Shown here one piece after another: positions 36,377-46,237 of a stretch of 64,000 nucleotides of DNA (within the stretch, counting starts at the first letter, position 1; each line of letters begins with the position of its first letter). The DNA is from an uncultured Alphaproteobacteria bacterium (lineage in GTDB: Bacteria > Pseudomonadota > Alphaproteobacteria > Sphingomonadales > Sphingomonadaceae). The DNA lies in assembly GCA_963844225.1 (NCBI GenBank), contig CAWJNG010000008.1, positions 78,837 to 142,836 on the forward strand, read 5' to 3'. The notes beneath the pieces were generated by a model that ran no database searches, had not been told where the DNA came from, and saw nothing but the letters and a program-made list of their open reading frames with translations. Position numbers and translations under genes: made by a program.

Positions 36377-37162
36377 TCATTGACCCTTTAGCTCAGCAAA
36401 TGCCGTGCGAATGCGCCGTGCGTTAACCCCCACATCGCTAACTCCGACGCGGCTGACCGAACGGGCGTCGACAATCGACTGGGCAGGATTGGCGGGGTCG
36501 GCGCGGACACGAAAGGCGATATCGTCCTTGAAACGATAAAGCGACACGGTTTCGGTCGCCTCGACATGACCGGCGGATGGATCGCTGATCGCGATAGCCC
36601 AGCCGTGCGCTTTGGCTAAATTGGTAATTTTGGTAACAGTGTCGGCAACGCTGCCCGTGACAGTCAGCGGCGCAATATCGGGATAGGCCTCACGTTGCCA
36701 CGCTGCGAGGCGAGCGGCAGGGGCGAGGGCCTTCATATCAGCGCGACCACCATCGGGAACCACGTCCAGATTGTCCTTGCGTATTTCCAACTTGGTGAAG
36801 GTTGGCGGGTCGGCAAGGTCGGTTGAAATGTCGTGGATGGCGGGCACGGCCTGCGCTTTGTTGCGGAACATACCGACATAAACGAGCAGCAAAACAGAAA
36901 TCAGGAACGCCAAGCCGACCGACTTCATCGACGCGCTGTGGCGCACGACATGAATGGTCATTGCCACCAGCGCCAGCGCGCCGCCTGCAAGCGCCAGATA
37001 GGTGGCTGTAAACAGCTGTTTAAAGCCCGTGAGCGCATCAACGATACCAAAATAGGCTGCGAACGCGCCGCCAAGCGCCAGCGCCATGCCGACTGCCGAA
37101 AAGAGCAGCGCGGCGCTGCCGATGCGCTTGCCCCAACCACTAGCCAGTTTCGTCGTCGCCAT
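36377..37162 (-). CDS. DUF1499-domain membrane protein
   Basis: Start refined to MATTKLASGWGKRIG (SD GGGAGAG). Several TM helices, then a C-terminal block LYRFKDDIAFRV..SRVGVSDVGVNARRI typical of DUF1499 as I recall it. Confidence 0.65.
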   Translation of the reverse strand: MATTKLASGWGKRIGSAALLFSAVGMALALGGAFAAYFGIVDALTGFKQLFTATYLALAGGALALVAMTIHVVRHSASMKSVGLAFLISVLLLVYVGMFRNKAQAVPAIHDISTDLADPPTFTKLEIRKDNLDVVPDGGRADMKALAPAARLAAWQREAYPDIAPLTVTGSVADTVTKITNLAKAHGWAIAISDPSAGHVEATETVSLYRFKDDIAFRVRADPANPAQSIVDARSVSRVGVSDVGVNARRIRTAFAELKGQ

Positions 37163-37283
37163 TTCACTCTCCCTGCTTGCGTCGCTCGTCCCATCGGCTG
37201 TAGGGCGCTGCGCGACACTAGGCATTGGGGCGGCGCGAAGGCAAGCGAAGATGACAGCGACGAAAAGCAAGGGATCGAGGCGG

Positions 37284-38219
37284 ATGATCAAATTTGTCAT
37301 TGTGGCGGCGCTGCTATTCCTGCTGTTTGGCGGACTGACCCGATTGGTGGTGTCCTGGGGAGCCTGGTCGCTCAATATGGGCGATAAATTGCTTGGCGAC
37401 AGCGAGGGGGCGACCTTGCAAGCGTCGGGGCAGCGTTATGGCACCGGCGCGCGGCAAAAGTTGAATATCTGGGTTCCGACCGGGACCAAAACAGGCGACA
37501 AGCTGCCGGTTCTGGTCTTTATTTATGGCGGAGGCTGGTACAGCGGAAACCGCGATGATTACGGTTTTGTCGGGCGCGCTTTTGCGCAGCAAGGTTTTGT
37601 CACCGTCATCCCCGATTATCGTATCGTGCCCAAGGGGCATTGGCCCGATTTCCTGAACGATAGCGCCGCCGCCGTCTCATGGACCGAGCAGCATATCGGG
37701 GCCTATGGCGGCGATCCGTCGCGACTGGCGCTGTCGGGCCATTCGGCGGGGGCTTATAATGCGGTGATGCTGGCGCTGGACCCGCAATGGATGAAGGCGG
37801 CGGGCAGCGACGCCTCGGTCATTCGCGGCGTAGCGGCACTTGCGGGCCCCTATGACTTTTTTCCGTTTGAAAAGGGCGGCCGCGCCGATGTGGCGATGGG
37901 TGATATACGCCCTATCGAAAAGACTCAGCCGATCCACTTCGTCCGCCCCGATGCGCCGCCCTTATGGCTGGGCGCGGGGACGGCCGACACGGTAGTACGC
38001 CCGCGCAACAGTGTGCGGCTGGCAGCCGCGATCGAAAAGGTCGGCGGATCGGTCATCCTGCGCGAATATCCCGGGCTCAGCCACAATGACCTGGTCATGG
38101 CATTGACAAAGCCGCTGCGGTACAAAGGCCCCATCCTGCCTGAGGCGAGCGATTTTCTGCGCGGCGTGACAGCAAAGCAGCTTGTTCCTGCATCGCCCGC
38201 TCCCGCATCGTCAAAGTGA
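37284..38219 (+). CDS. alpha/beta hydrolase (esterase/lipase, fold-3 type), membrane-anchored or secreted
   Basis: Start refined to MIKFVIVAALLFLLFGG (alternative at 37251). Oxyanion VFIYGGGW and nucleophile elbow GHSAG. Confidence 0.8.
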   Translation: MIKFVIVAALLFLLFGGLTRLVVSWGAWSLNMGDKLLGDSEGATLQASGQRYGTGARQKLNIWVPTGTKTGDKLPVLVFIYGGGWYSGNRDDYGFVGRAFAQQGFVTVIPDYRIVPKGHWPDFLNDSAAAVSWTEQHIGAYGGDPSRLALSGHSAGAYNAVMLALDPQWMKAAGSDASVIRGVAALAGPYDFFPFEKGGRADVAMGDIRPIEKTQPIHFVRPDAPPLWLGAGTADTVVRPRNSVRLAAAIEKVGGSVILREYPGLSHNDLVMALTKPLRYKGPILPEASDFLRGVTAKQLVPASPAPASSK

Positions 38220-39013
38220 CGCCTCCCACCTCCGCTCCGGTGCCGATCTCCGCTCTTGTCATGGCGGGCAGCCGACCTGGTGTCGACCCGCTTTTGACCG
38301 GCAGCGGGGTTGCAACCAAAGCGCTGTTGCCCGTCGCGGGTGAGGCGATGTTGCTGCATGTCGTGCGCGCGCTTGATGCCTCTCCCTTGATTGGCAACAT
38401 CAGCGTGCTGGCGCAGAATAGTGCGGCATTGGCTGCCGATTCCGCGCTCGCCGGATTGCCGGCCGTGACTTTTGTCGATTCAGGAAGCGGGATCAGTGCG
38501 TCAATCGCTTCCATTTTACCCGACGCCGACGCGCCGGTGCTGGTGACCACCGCCGATCATGTCTTGCTGACCCCCGTGATGATTGCCGATTTCCTGGCAG
38601 GCGTAGGTGACAGCGATGTGGCGGTGGCGATGGTCGAGCGCGCGACCCTTATCGCCCGCTATCCGCAGTCGCGGCGGACGTGGCTGAAATTTCGGGGCGG
38701 CTGGTGGTCAGGTGCAAATATGTTTGTGCTGCGCGGGCGCCGTGTGACGCCGCTGCTCGATTTCTGGAGCAGCATCGAGCGCGACCGCAAGAAGGGACTG
38801 AAAATCGTCGCGGCATTTGGGCCGTGGCTGCTGCTGAGTGCGGTACTGCGATTGCTCACCATCCATCAGGCGATCGCGCGGGCTGGTCAGCGATTTGGCC
38901 TCAATGTCCGGGTTGTTGCGTTGCCCGAAGGCGAGGCTTGCATCGACGCCGACAAGCCCGCTGATATTGTCTTGATCGAGGAGATATTGGCGGCACGCCG
39001 AGCGACAGATTAG
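38216..39013 (+). CDS. MobA-like nucleotidyltransferase family protein (NTP_transf_3-like)
   Basis: The GTG start overlaps the esterase stop (GTGA). N-terminal LVMAGSRPGVDPL..KALLPVAGEAML resembles the nucleotide-binding loop of MobA/GlmU-type transferases. Confidence 0.7.
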   Translation: MTPPTSAPVPISALVMAGSRPGVDPLLTGSGVATKALLPVAGEAMLLHVVRALDASPLIGNISVLAQNSAALAADSALAGLPAVTFVDSGSGISASIASILPDADAPVLVTTADHVLLTPVMIADFLAGVGDSDVAVAMVERATLIARYPQSRRTWLKFRGGWWSGANMFVLRGRRVTPLLDFWSSIERDRKKGLKIVAAFGPWLLLSAVLRLLTIHQAIARAGQRFGLNVRVVALPEGEACIDADKPADIVLIEEILAARRATD

Positions 39014-39702
39014 GCCGCGACCAAAGCCTCATCTACCGCCGCTATCGCTAACGCCAATTCCTCAGAATAATTCATTGTTGCATCCAGATCGATCATCGGC
39101 GCGCCGTTGAAATGGAGGTCGGGGACGGTCGCGACCTTGCGAGTTATGAGGGCGCGGTCATGGTCAGGCTTGCGCGCCATCACTGTGTCGACATCGACGT
39201 GCAGTCGAATGACCAGCGTCGGAACATAGGCTGCCATTTCGGCATAAAGCTGGCGCTCTTCGGTCTGGAGCGCGGCGAGTCGTGGGTCGATGGTTCGGCC
39301 GGCCATGATGGGCCCATCGTGCAATCCCGGCACTTCGATCTGCGGATAGCGGTCGGTGACAACGGTCTTTCCCGACCGGCGCAGGTCAAGAACGGTCTCA
39401 AAACGTGCCCGACGTTTACGCGAACGCCGCAGGGCATAACGCGCCGCAAGCAAACCGGGGATCGGTGCTTCGGGCTCGCGCAACTGGTCGGCGATACTAT
39501 CGAGCCAGCGATGGAGCGGCCGACCCACCAAGGGAATCGCACCAATTTTTCGGCCTTGCTCGCCCGAACCAAGGCCCAGATACCCGTTTGCGGCGGCGCG
39601 CGATTCGGCGATATGCGCGAGCAAGTCTGCCGACAGAGTCGACTTACCCGACCCGTCACAACCTACAACAGCAATCAGGGGCGCAAGCGGCTCTCCCGCC
39701 AT
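39010..39702 (-). CDS. P-loop kinase-like protein (thymidylate/nucleoside-kinase fold suspected)
   Basis: Start refined to MAGEPLAPLIAVVGCDGSGKSTL (Walker A). About 230 aa. The ATG lies 5 nt downstream of the ICMT-like gene's stop codon. Confidence 0.6.
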   Translation of the reverse strand: MAGEPLAPLIAVVGCDGSGKSTLSADLLAHIAESRAAANGYLGLGSGEQGRKIGAIPLVGRPLHRWLDSIADQLREPEAPIPGLLAARYALRRSRKRRARFETVLDLRRSGKTVVTDRYPQIEVPGLHDGPIMAGRTIDPRLAALQTEERQLYAEMAAYVPTLVIRLHVDVDTVMARKPDHDRALITRKVATVPDLHFNGAPMIDLDATMNYSEELALAIAAVDEALVAA

Positions 39703-39707
39703 ATCGC

Positions 39708-40460
39708 TCAGCTCAATTCTTTGAAGAAACCGATCATTTTCAATCCGCCGATGAAAAAGCGGATCACGACCAACGCGCCATAGGCATAGACCCAGCCCCA
39801 TTGATCGGCGGGAATGGCGGCGGTGTCAAATCCGAGGCGGGCGAACCAGGTCAGAAAAACCGCGGTGGCCAGAAGAAACAGCTTATTCTGTTCGCGCCAG
39901 ATCATCCGTTTCCACCAAAAGGCATATTTTGGCTTGACCCAGCCCGACAGGCGGGGGAGCAACGCGGGCACATTTTTGGCCCATGCGGCATGTGCGGTCC
40001 CGAATTTTTCGCGCAGAAACTCTTCTTCGTAAATCGAGATGCGCTCGTAAATCAGGACGCCAAGTAGAAAGACGATTGCCCCGAAGACCCAGCTCCCCGA
40101 CAGCATAGCGATGCCGGTGAAATTGAGGATGCGGCCTACATAGAGTGGGTTGCGAACTAGGCTGTACGGGCCGGTTGTGTTGAGCTCGCTGGCTTCGGCG
40201 GCAACCTTCGCACGGCCCGATGTGCCGAGGGCGGCCCAGCCGCTGGTGAACACACGAACGAGCGCGCCTGATGCGGCAACCGTAAAGGAAATCCAGAACC
40301 ATGCGCAATCGGCGACGGCACTAGCGAACGGGCCGATATCGCGGCTGCACCACGCGATCAGCGTTGCTATTGCGATGGTGATGTAAATATAGGTGCCGCG
40401 GATAAAGAACAGGCGCTTGCCGCTTTGGGCGAGTTCGGTCTGGTACATGGGTAAGGCCAT
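39708..40460 (-). CDS. isoprenylcysteine carboxyl methyltransferase / phospholipid methyltransferase family membrane protein
   Basis: 250 aa, multi-TM. Motif TTGPYSLVRNPLYVGRILNFTG. Confidence 0.75.
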   Translation of the reverse strand: MALPMYQTELAQSGKRLFFIRGTYIYITIAIATLIAWCSRDIGPFASAVADCAWFWISFTVAASGALVRVFTSGWAALGTSGRAKVAAEASELNTTGPYSLVRNPLYVGRILNFTGIAMLSGSWVFGAIVFLLGVLIYERISIYEEEFLREKFGTAHAAWAKNVPALLPRLSGWVKPKYAFWWKRMIWREQNKLFLLATAVFLTWFARLGFDTAAIPADQWGWVYAYGALVVIRFFIGGLKMIGFFKELS

Positions 40461-40531
40461 CCAAAAGAGGCGCTCCGTTCAAAATCGGCGGCGCAGAAGG
40501 TCGCGCCATTAGCGGCGATAGGGGCTATGCG

Positions 40532-42115
40532 TCAACTAGCGGTGCTGTCAGCGGCAACAGGAACGAGGCGCAGACGCCGTGCAGTCTTGCCGAGCGACTG
40601 GCGATCCGCGAGCGGCAATGCGCTGCGTAGCGACAACCAGATCGCCGCCACGGCTAAAGCTACGATCAAGGGAAGCGCGATGGCGTCGGGCAAGCGGCTG
40701 ACCAGCAAGGCGCCGCCCCCGGTGCCGAGCGCGATCAGCAGGCTCTTGATCGCAACCCCCGAAAACTGACGGTCGAATGGGCTTATCTTCTCGATTAGCC
40801 AGAGCTGGACCATCGGGATCGCGGCCATCACGACCAGCCCGATCGCCATAGCAAGCGTGACCCCTGTCAGCACAGACATATGATCGACAATCAGGAAACC
40901 AGCCGCGATGGCCACCACGACGCCGCCAAAACTGGCGGTTAGTTGGTGGCGGAAGGAGGCAACGACCTGAAGCACCGGCAAGGATGTTCCCACGACAGCC
41001 TCGATAGCGCGGGCAAAGAGAAGGATGATGACCGCGCCTTGCGCGATTTTGGCTTCATGACCGAATAGGCCGAGCAGCGACGCGCTGCCCGCGGCGAGAA
41101 CGGCCGCGAGTGGTAAAGCGATGACCATGATCAACCGCACCGCATAGGCATAAATGCCCGCTACCTGCGCGCGGTCTTCGCGTTCGGCGCTCGCCGCCAG
41201 CGGGGCGAGTACATAGACAAAGGCGATACGTACCAGCTGCACAACGCTCGACAATTTGCGCGCGATGGTGAACAGTCCTGCCGCGCTGGCGCCGGCGGCG
41301 CCGGGTATCAGCAGGTTGAGGATCAGCGCCGGGGCATCGCCGAAAAGACGGGTAATCACATTGGACGGGAGGATCGACAGGCCCGCCCAAAATGTGTTGA
41401 TGGCAACAGGCGGCGCCCAGGGACGCTGCGTCAGCGAGCCAAAATCATAATAGCGTGCAAGCAGCCGGACGCTGAGCAGCGCGGTGATGGTCAGCGAGCA
41501 CATATGCGCGATGAACAGGCCCGTAAGCCCCAGCCCGCCGGCGAAGAAAAGCGCAGCCAAAATGAGGCGGATTATTTGCTCCCACAGGATGCGCAGGCGA
41601 ATCTCGGCTCCGAACACCATTCGAGCGCGCATCGCAGAGGTGGCAATCTCGACAAAAGCCCATAGCGGTAGCGCCCAGACGAACATGCGGATCGACGGCG
41701 CGACCAGCGGCGCATCTTTGGCGGCGACATTGAGCAAGGGAGCAAGTTCGGCCGCAAAAAAGGCAATGATAGCCGCAACCAGCAGGCATGGACCGACACC
41801 AACGATGATCGCAGTGCGCAACGCCGCCGCCGCTTCGGCATCGCTGGCCGATTGCGGAACAGTGCGCTGCATCGCGGTGGTCATGCCCAGATCAAATATA
41901 TTCTCGAGCAGGTTGATGGCGGCCCACAGCACTGCATAAAGACCATAGCCGGCAAGGCCGAACATCAACACATAAAGCGGCTGCGCAACGATTTCGATGA
42001 TCGCGCCCATGCGCGCCAATATTGTGGTGCCCAGCCCGCGCGCGACCTGACGATTGGTCACACCCTCGGGCGATGCGGCCGGTTGGGACAAATTTTGGTC
42101 GGGTATCTCGCTCAT
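40532..42115 (-). CDS. MOP-superfamily polysaccharide/oligosaccharide flippase (Wzx/MurJ-like)
   Basis: 527 aa with about 14 TM helices. The N-terminal region RGLGTTILARMGAIIEIVAQPLYVLMFG is typical of lipopolysaccharide-biosynthesis flippases. Confidence 0.8.
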   Translation of the reverse strand: MSEIPDQNLSQPAASPEGVTNRQVARGLGTTILARMGAIIEIVAQPLYVLMFGLAGYGLYAVLWAAINLLENIFDLGMTTAMQRTVPQSASDAEAAAALRTAIIVGVGPCLLVAAIIAFFAAELAPLLNVAAKDAPLVAPSIRMFVWALPLWAFVEIATSAMRARMVFGAEIRLRILWEQIIRLILAALFFAGGLGLTGLFIAHMCSLTITALLSVRLLARYYDFGSLTQRPWAPPVAINTFWAGLSILPSNVITRLFGDAPALILNLLIPGAAGASAAGLFTIARKLSSVVQLVRIAFVYVLAPLAASAEREDRAQVAGIYAYAVRLIMVIALPLAAVLAAGSASLLGLFGHEAKIAQGAVIILLFARAIEAVVGTSLPVLQVVASFRHQLTASFGGVVVAIAAGFLIVDHMSVLTGVTLAMAIGLVVMAAIPMVQLWLIEKISPFDRQFSGVAIKSLLIALGTGGGALLVSRLPDAIALPLIVALAVAAIWLSLRSALPLADRQSLGKTARRLRLVPVAADSTAS

Positions 42116-42341
42116 CTGGTCTGCGCTTTAGCGGCGAAGCTGCGCGGGGGAAACAACAGAAACAGCGCGGCTTATTGCAGGGCAAAACAAGAGAGGAGAG
42201 GCCGCACTGAATCGGGAACCGCCTTGCTTTGTCCGGCAAATTGCACCGTCGACCCTTGTCGTTGGCGATCAATAGGATTAGGCCCGCTTCGAACGGACCG
42301 CTTTTCGAACCGCCGTGTCCGAACTTAAGGGACTTTGCATC

Positions 42342-43124
42342 ATGGCCGAATTTCGTTTGCCCAAAAACAGCCGCATCAAAAAAGGCGGTACGACCCACAA
42401 GGCAGAGGGTGCGGGCAAGATTCGCAAATTCAAAGTCTATCGTTATGATCCCGACACGGGGGACAACCCGCGTTTCGACACATTTGAAATCGACACCGAC
42501 AATTGCGGCCCGATGGTGCTCGACGCACTGATCAAGATGAAGAGCGAGCAGGATTCAAGTCTGACCTTCCGTCGGTCGTGCCGCGAAGGAATTTGCGGTA
42601 GCTGTTCGATGAACATGAACGGCAAGAACGGGCTGGCCTGTACGACCGCGATCGAGGACTGCAAAGGCGACATCCAGATCACCCCGTTGCCGCATATGGA
42701 AGTCATTAAGGATCTGGTTCCCGACTTCACCCATTTCTATGCACAATATGCATCGATCGAACCCTGGCTCCAAACAAAGACACCGCCCCCGAGCGGCAAG
42801 GAACGGCTGCAGTTTCCCGAAGAGCGTGAAAAGCTTGATGGGCTCTATGAGTGCATATTGTGCGCCTGTTGCTCGACAAGCTGCCCTAGCTATTGGTGGA
42901 ACAGTGATAAATTTTTGGGGCCGGCGATCCTGTTGCAAGCCTATCGTTGGCTGGCCGACAGCCGCGACGAAATGACTGGCGAGCGGCTCGACGAGCTCGA
43001 AGATCCCTTCCGCCTCTATCGCTGTCACACGATCATGAATTGCGCGAATGCCTGTCCCAAGGGATTGAACCCGGCGCGGGCGATAGCCGAGATCAAGAAG
43101 ATGACGGCAGAGCGTCAGGTGTGA
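42342..43124 (+). CDS. sdhB: succinate dehydrogenase iron-sulfur subunit
   Basis: Cys clusters [31 protein letters not shown] and [15 protein letters not shown]. Confidence 0.95.
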   Translation: MAEFRLPKNSRIKKGGTTHKAEGAGKIRKFKVYRYDPDTGDNPRFDTFEIDTDNCGPMVLDALIKMKSEQDSSLTFRRSCREGICGSCSMNMNGKNGLACTTAIEDCKGDIQITPLPHMEVIKDLVPDFTHFYAQYASIEPWLQTKTPPPSGKERLQFPEEREKLDGLYECILCACCSTSCPSYWWNSDKFLGPAILLQAYRWLADSRDEMTGERLDELEDPFRLYRCHTIMNCANACPKGLNPARAIAEIKKMTAERQV

Positions 43125-43636
43125 ACGACGGAATCGAAGAACAGGTCCGCGCCCAGCACTTTGACGCGGAAACACTCGACGGCGACTGGACTAGCTGGAA
43201 TCTCAAGGACCAGAGCCGTTTCAATGCTTTTATTGAGCCTTTGTCGGTGCGGCTTGAATCGCCGACTGCCGACGGTCGCCCGCGCGCGCGCGTGCGGATG
43301 TTTCCCGAACGTAAGCACAGCAATTTGGGTGACAATGTGCATGGCGCAGTTACGTTGGCGCTCGTCGACATTGGGCTTTTCGCCGCATCGCATCAATTTG
43401 GCTCATTGAACGCCGGTCACTCGGTGACGCTCGATCTGTCGACGCAATTTGTTGGCGCCGGACGGCTCGGCGAGCCGCTTGATGCCATAGTCGAACAGGT
43501 GCGCGAGACGGGGCGGCTGATCTTCTTGCGTGGCCTGGTCGTGCAGGGCGATGACGACAGCCATATCGTGCTGACCTTTGCCGGCACCATCCGCAAGGCG
43601 AGCAAAGACCGCTCCGTGCGCGCACCGATCCCCTGA
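43121..43636 (+). CDS. PaaI-family hot-dog thioesterase
   Basis: The GTG start overlaps the sdhB stop (GTGA). [15 protein letters not shown] and ..[10 protein letters not shown].. fit the PaaI/4HBT fold. Confidence 0.7.
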   Translation: MNDGIEEQVRAQHFDAETLDGDWTSWNLKDQSRFNAFIEPLSVRLESPTADGRPRARVRMFPERKHSNLGDNVHGAVTLALVDIGLFAASHQFGSLNAGHSVTLDLSTQFVGAGRLGEPLDAIVEQVRETGRLIFLRGLVVQGDDDSHIVLTFAGTIRKASKDRSVRAPIP

Positions 43637-43637
43637 T

Positions 43638-44750
43638 ATGACGGTGCTGTCTGCCTATGACGCGCTAGTAGCTGGCGGCGAACTCAGGCCGGATCCCGAG
43701 CAGCGCGCCGCTGCCGAACGGCTCAATATATTGCAGGCTGAACTCGAAGCAGTGCCGCCGCGTGGCAGCCTGCTCTGGCGCCTGACGGGCAGAAAACCCG
43801 ATGCGCCGCGCGGCGCTTATCTGTGGGGCGCTGTCGGGCGCGGCAAGTCTATGCTGATGGACCTGTTCTACGATGCCCTGACTATCAATCGCAAACGGCG
43901 CGTCCATTTCCACGCCTTCATGCTCGACGTCCACGCACAGATGCGCGAAGTGCGCAAAAGCGAGAGCGGCGATCCGATTCCGCTGGTCGCCGACGCTTTG
44001 GTCGCCGATGTGCGGTGTCTCGCCTTTGATGAAATGGTGGTCAACAACAGCGCTGATGCGATGATATTGTCGCGCCTGTTCACTGCGCTGATTGATCGGG
44101 GGGTGACGGTGGTCGCAACCTCGAACCGACCGCCGGTTGATCTTTACAAAGATGGGCTCAACCGCGAACATTTTTTGCCCTTCATCGCGCTGGTCGAGGA
44201 AAAGCTCGACGTGTTGGGGCTTAACGGTCCGACCGATTATCGCCGCGATCGGCTTGGCGATGGCGCGCGCTGGTTTGTTCCTGCCGATGATGCAGCCAGC
44301 GCCGCGCTGTCGGCTGCCTTTTTCCGCCTGACCGATTATCCGCCCGAGGATCGCGCGCATGTGCCGACGCTCGAGCTCAACGTCGGCGCAGGGCGGATGC
44401 TGCACGTTCCCAAGGCGCTGAAGGGCGTTGCGGTTTTCTCGTTCAAGCGGCTTTGCAAGGAGGCGCGCGGGGCGTCGGACTATCTGGCGATTGCGCGGCA
44501 ATTTCATACCGTCATCATCGTGGGCATTCCGCAAATGGGCCCCGATAATCGCAACGAGGCCGCGCGATTTGTGACGCTGGTCGATGCGCTCTACGAACAT
44601 AGGGTCAAATTGCTGGCCAGCGCCGCCGCGCAGCCCGATGCGCTTTATGTCGCGGGCGATGGAGCCTTTGAATTTGAACGTACCGCCAGCCGCCTCGCCG
44701 AAATGCAATCGGATGCTTATCTGGCATTGGGGCATGGGGAAGCGGATTAA
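43638..44750 (+). CDS. zapE: AFG1/ZapE-family ATPase
   Basis: Start MTVLSAYDALV lies 1 nt after the preceding stop. Walker A GAVGRGKSMLMD and Walker B LAFDEM. Confidence 0.85.
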   Translation: MTVLSAYDALVAGGELRPDPEQRAAAERLNILQAELEAVPPRGSLLWRLTGRKPDAPRGAYLWGAVGRGKSMLMDLFYDALTINRKRRVHFHAFMLDVHAQMREVRKSESGDPIPLVADALVADVRCLAFDEMVVNNSADAMILSRLFTALIDRGVTVVATSNRPPVDLYKDGLNREHFLPFIALVEEKLDVLGLNGPTDYRRDRLGDGARWFVPADDAASAALSAAFFRLTDYPPEDRAHVPTLELNVGAGRMLHVPKALKGVAVFSFKRLCKEARGASDYLAIARQFHTVIIVGIPQMGPDNRNEAARFVTLVDALYEHRVKLLASAAAQPDALYVAGDGAFEFERTASRLAEMQSDAYLALGHGEAD

Positions 44751-44774
44751 GACCAAGTCAAAGGGGAGAATGTT

Positions 44775-46220
44775 GTGATGAGGACGTTTGTCAGCTGTTT
44801 GTCTGCTGCTGCACTATGTGCGCTGGCGCCGCCGGCTTTCGGCAAGGATGCGCCCAGCTTGTCGCCCGAGCGACACACCGCGGCGCACGATATGTTCAAA
44901 ACGCTAATCGACATTCCGACAGTTTTCGGTCGCGGCCGGGTGCCCGAACTCGCCAAATATCTCGGCGACCAATATCGCGCGCATGGTTTTGCCGACGCCG
45001 ACATCAAAATTCTGCCCTATGATTCAACCGATCCAGTGGCCAATGTCACCGAGAAGACAGCGGCGCTGTATGTGCGGTGGCGCGCCGACGGCAAGCCGAC
45101 GGGCAAGCCAATTTTGTTGATGGGTCATATGGACGTCGTCGAAGCCAAGCGCGAGGATTCGACGACCGACCCTTTCCTTCTCACTGAACGCGATGGCTAT
45201 TATTATGGTCGCGGCTCGATCGATATGAAGGACGGATTGGTCGGCATTACGCAGGCGCTGTTTGATCTCAAAGCATCGGGGTTCAAGCCCAAACGCGACA
45301 TTATCGTCTTCTTCACCGGCGATGAGGAAACTAATGGCAAGGGTGCCGAACTGGGCGCGAGCAAATGGAAGGATCTGCTCAACGCAGAATATGGTCTCAA
45401 TGCCGATGGCGGCGGGGGCGGATTTTTTCCCGACGGGCGTCCGGCCGGCTTCCTGATGCAAACCGCAGAAAAAACCTTCGCCGGTTACACGCTGACCGTC
45501 CGCAATCGCGGCGGCCACAGCAGCAAACCACGCCCCGACAATGCGATTTACAGTCTTGCGCATGCGATCGATAAAATCGAGGCGCATCGGTTTGAGCCAA
45601 TGCTCAACGAAACGACCCGCGCCTATTTTTCGGAGCGGCAAAAGCAGGAATCGGGCGCATTGGGTGATGCGATGCGTGCTTGGCTGAAAGATCCCAATGA
45701 TGGCGCCGCTGCCGATGTGATCGAGGCTGATGAGGGCGAGGTCGGGCTGACGCGCACCCGCTGTGTACCGACGCGGCTGTTCGCTGGTCACGCCGACAAT
45801 GCGCTGCCGCAACTTGCGACCGCGATGATCAACTGCCGCATTTTTCCCGGCATCGACCCGAACAATGTCAAAGCCGACCTCGAAAGGATCGTTGCCGACC
45901 CCGAAGTGGTGGTGACGCGCAACGATGCCTATGTCGCGTCGCTCGTCTCTCCGCTTCGCCCCGATGTCACCGCGGCATTCGAAAAGGCGGTGCACACGCT
46001 CCACCCGGGAATGCCAATCTCACCCGAAATGTCGACGGGCGCCAGCGACGCCCGGCCATTCCGCGTGGCAGGCATCCCCGTTTATGGTGCGGGGGGCAGT
46101 TGGGTGATCGTCCCCATCGATTTTCGCGCTCATGGCAAGGATGAACGGCTGCCGGTCAAGGCGCTCGACGACAATATCCTGCATTGGCGGATCTTGCTCG
46201 CTGCGCTCACCGGGAAATAG
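44775..46220 (+). CDS. secreted M20-family metallopeptidase
   Basis: Signal peptide, then GHMDVVEA, FTGDEE and the dimerisation-domain pattern of M20/M25/M40 enzymes. SD aaggggag. Confidence 0.85.
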   Translation: MMRTFVSCLSAAALCALAPPAFGKDAPSLSPERHTAAHDMFKTLIDIPTVFGRGRVPELAKYLGDQYRAHGFADADIKILPYDSTDPVANVTEKTAALYVRWRADGKPTGKPILLMGHMDVVEAKREDSTTDPFLLTERDGYYYGRGSIDMKDGLVGITQALFDLKASGFKPKRDIIVFFTGDEETNGKGAELGASKWKDLLNAEYGLNADGGGGGFFPDGRPAGFLMQTAEKTFAGYTLTVRNRGGHSSKPRPDNAIYSLAHAIDKIEAHRFEPMLNETTRAYFSERQKQESGALGDAMRAWLKDPNDGAAADVIEADEGEVGLTRTRCVPTRLFAGHADNALPQLATAMINCRIFPGIDPNNVKADLERIVADPEVVVTRNDAYVASLVSPLRPDVTAAFEKAVHTLHPGMPISPEMSTGASDARPFRVAGIPVYGAGGSWVIVPIDFRAHGKDERLPVKALDDNILHWRILLAALTGK

Positions 46221-46237
46221 ATGAGTTGGCAGTGCGG

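Noticed and set aside
42947-43636. A 229-aa version of the thioesterase ORF overlapping the last 180 nt of sdhB. Similar long N-terminal extensions occur on many track ORFs (for example 47779, 37086, 36377..37375, 60101..61231 and 34232..35431).
   Set aside because: The extensions overlap well-supported neighbours or lack coding character. Internal ATG/GTG starts with an SD or with 4-nt stop/start overlaps give proteins that begin where family homology begins.
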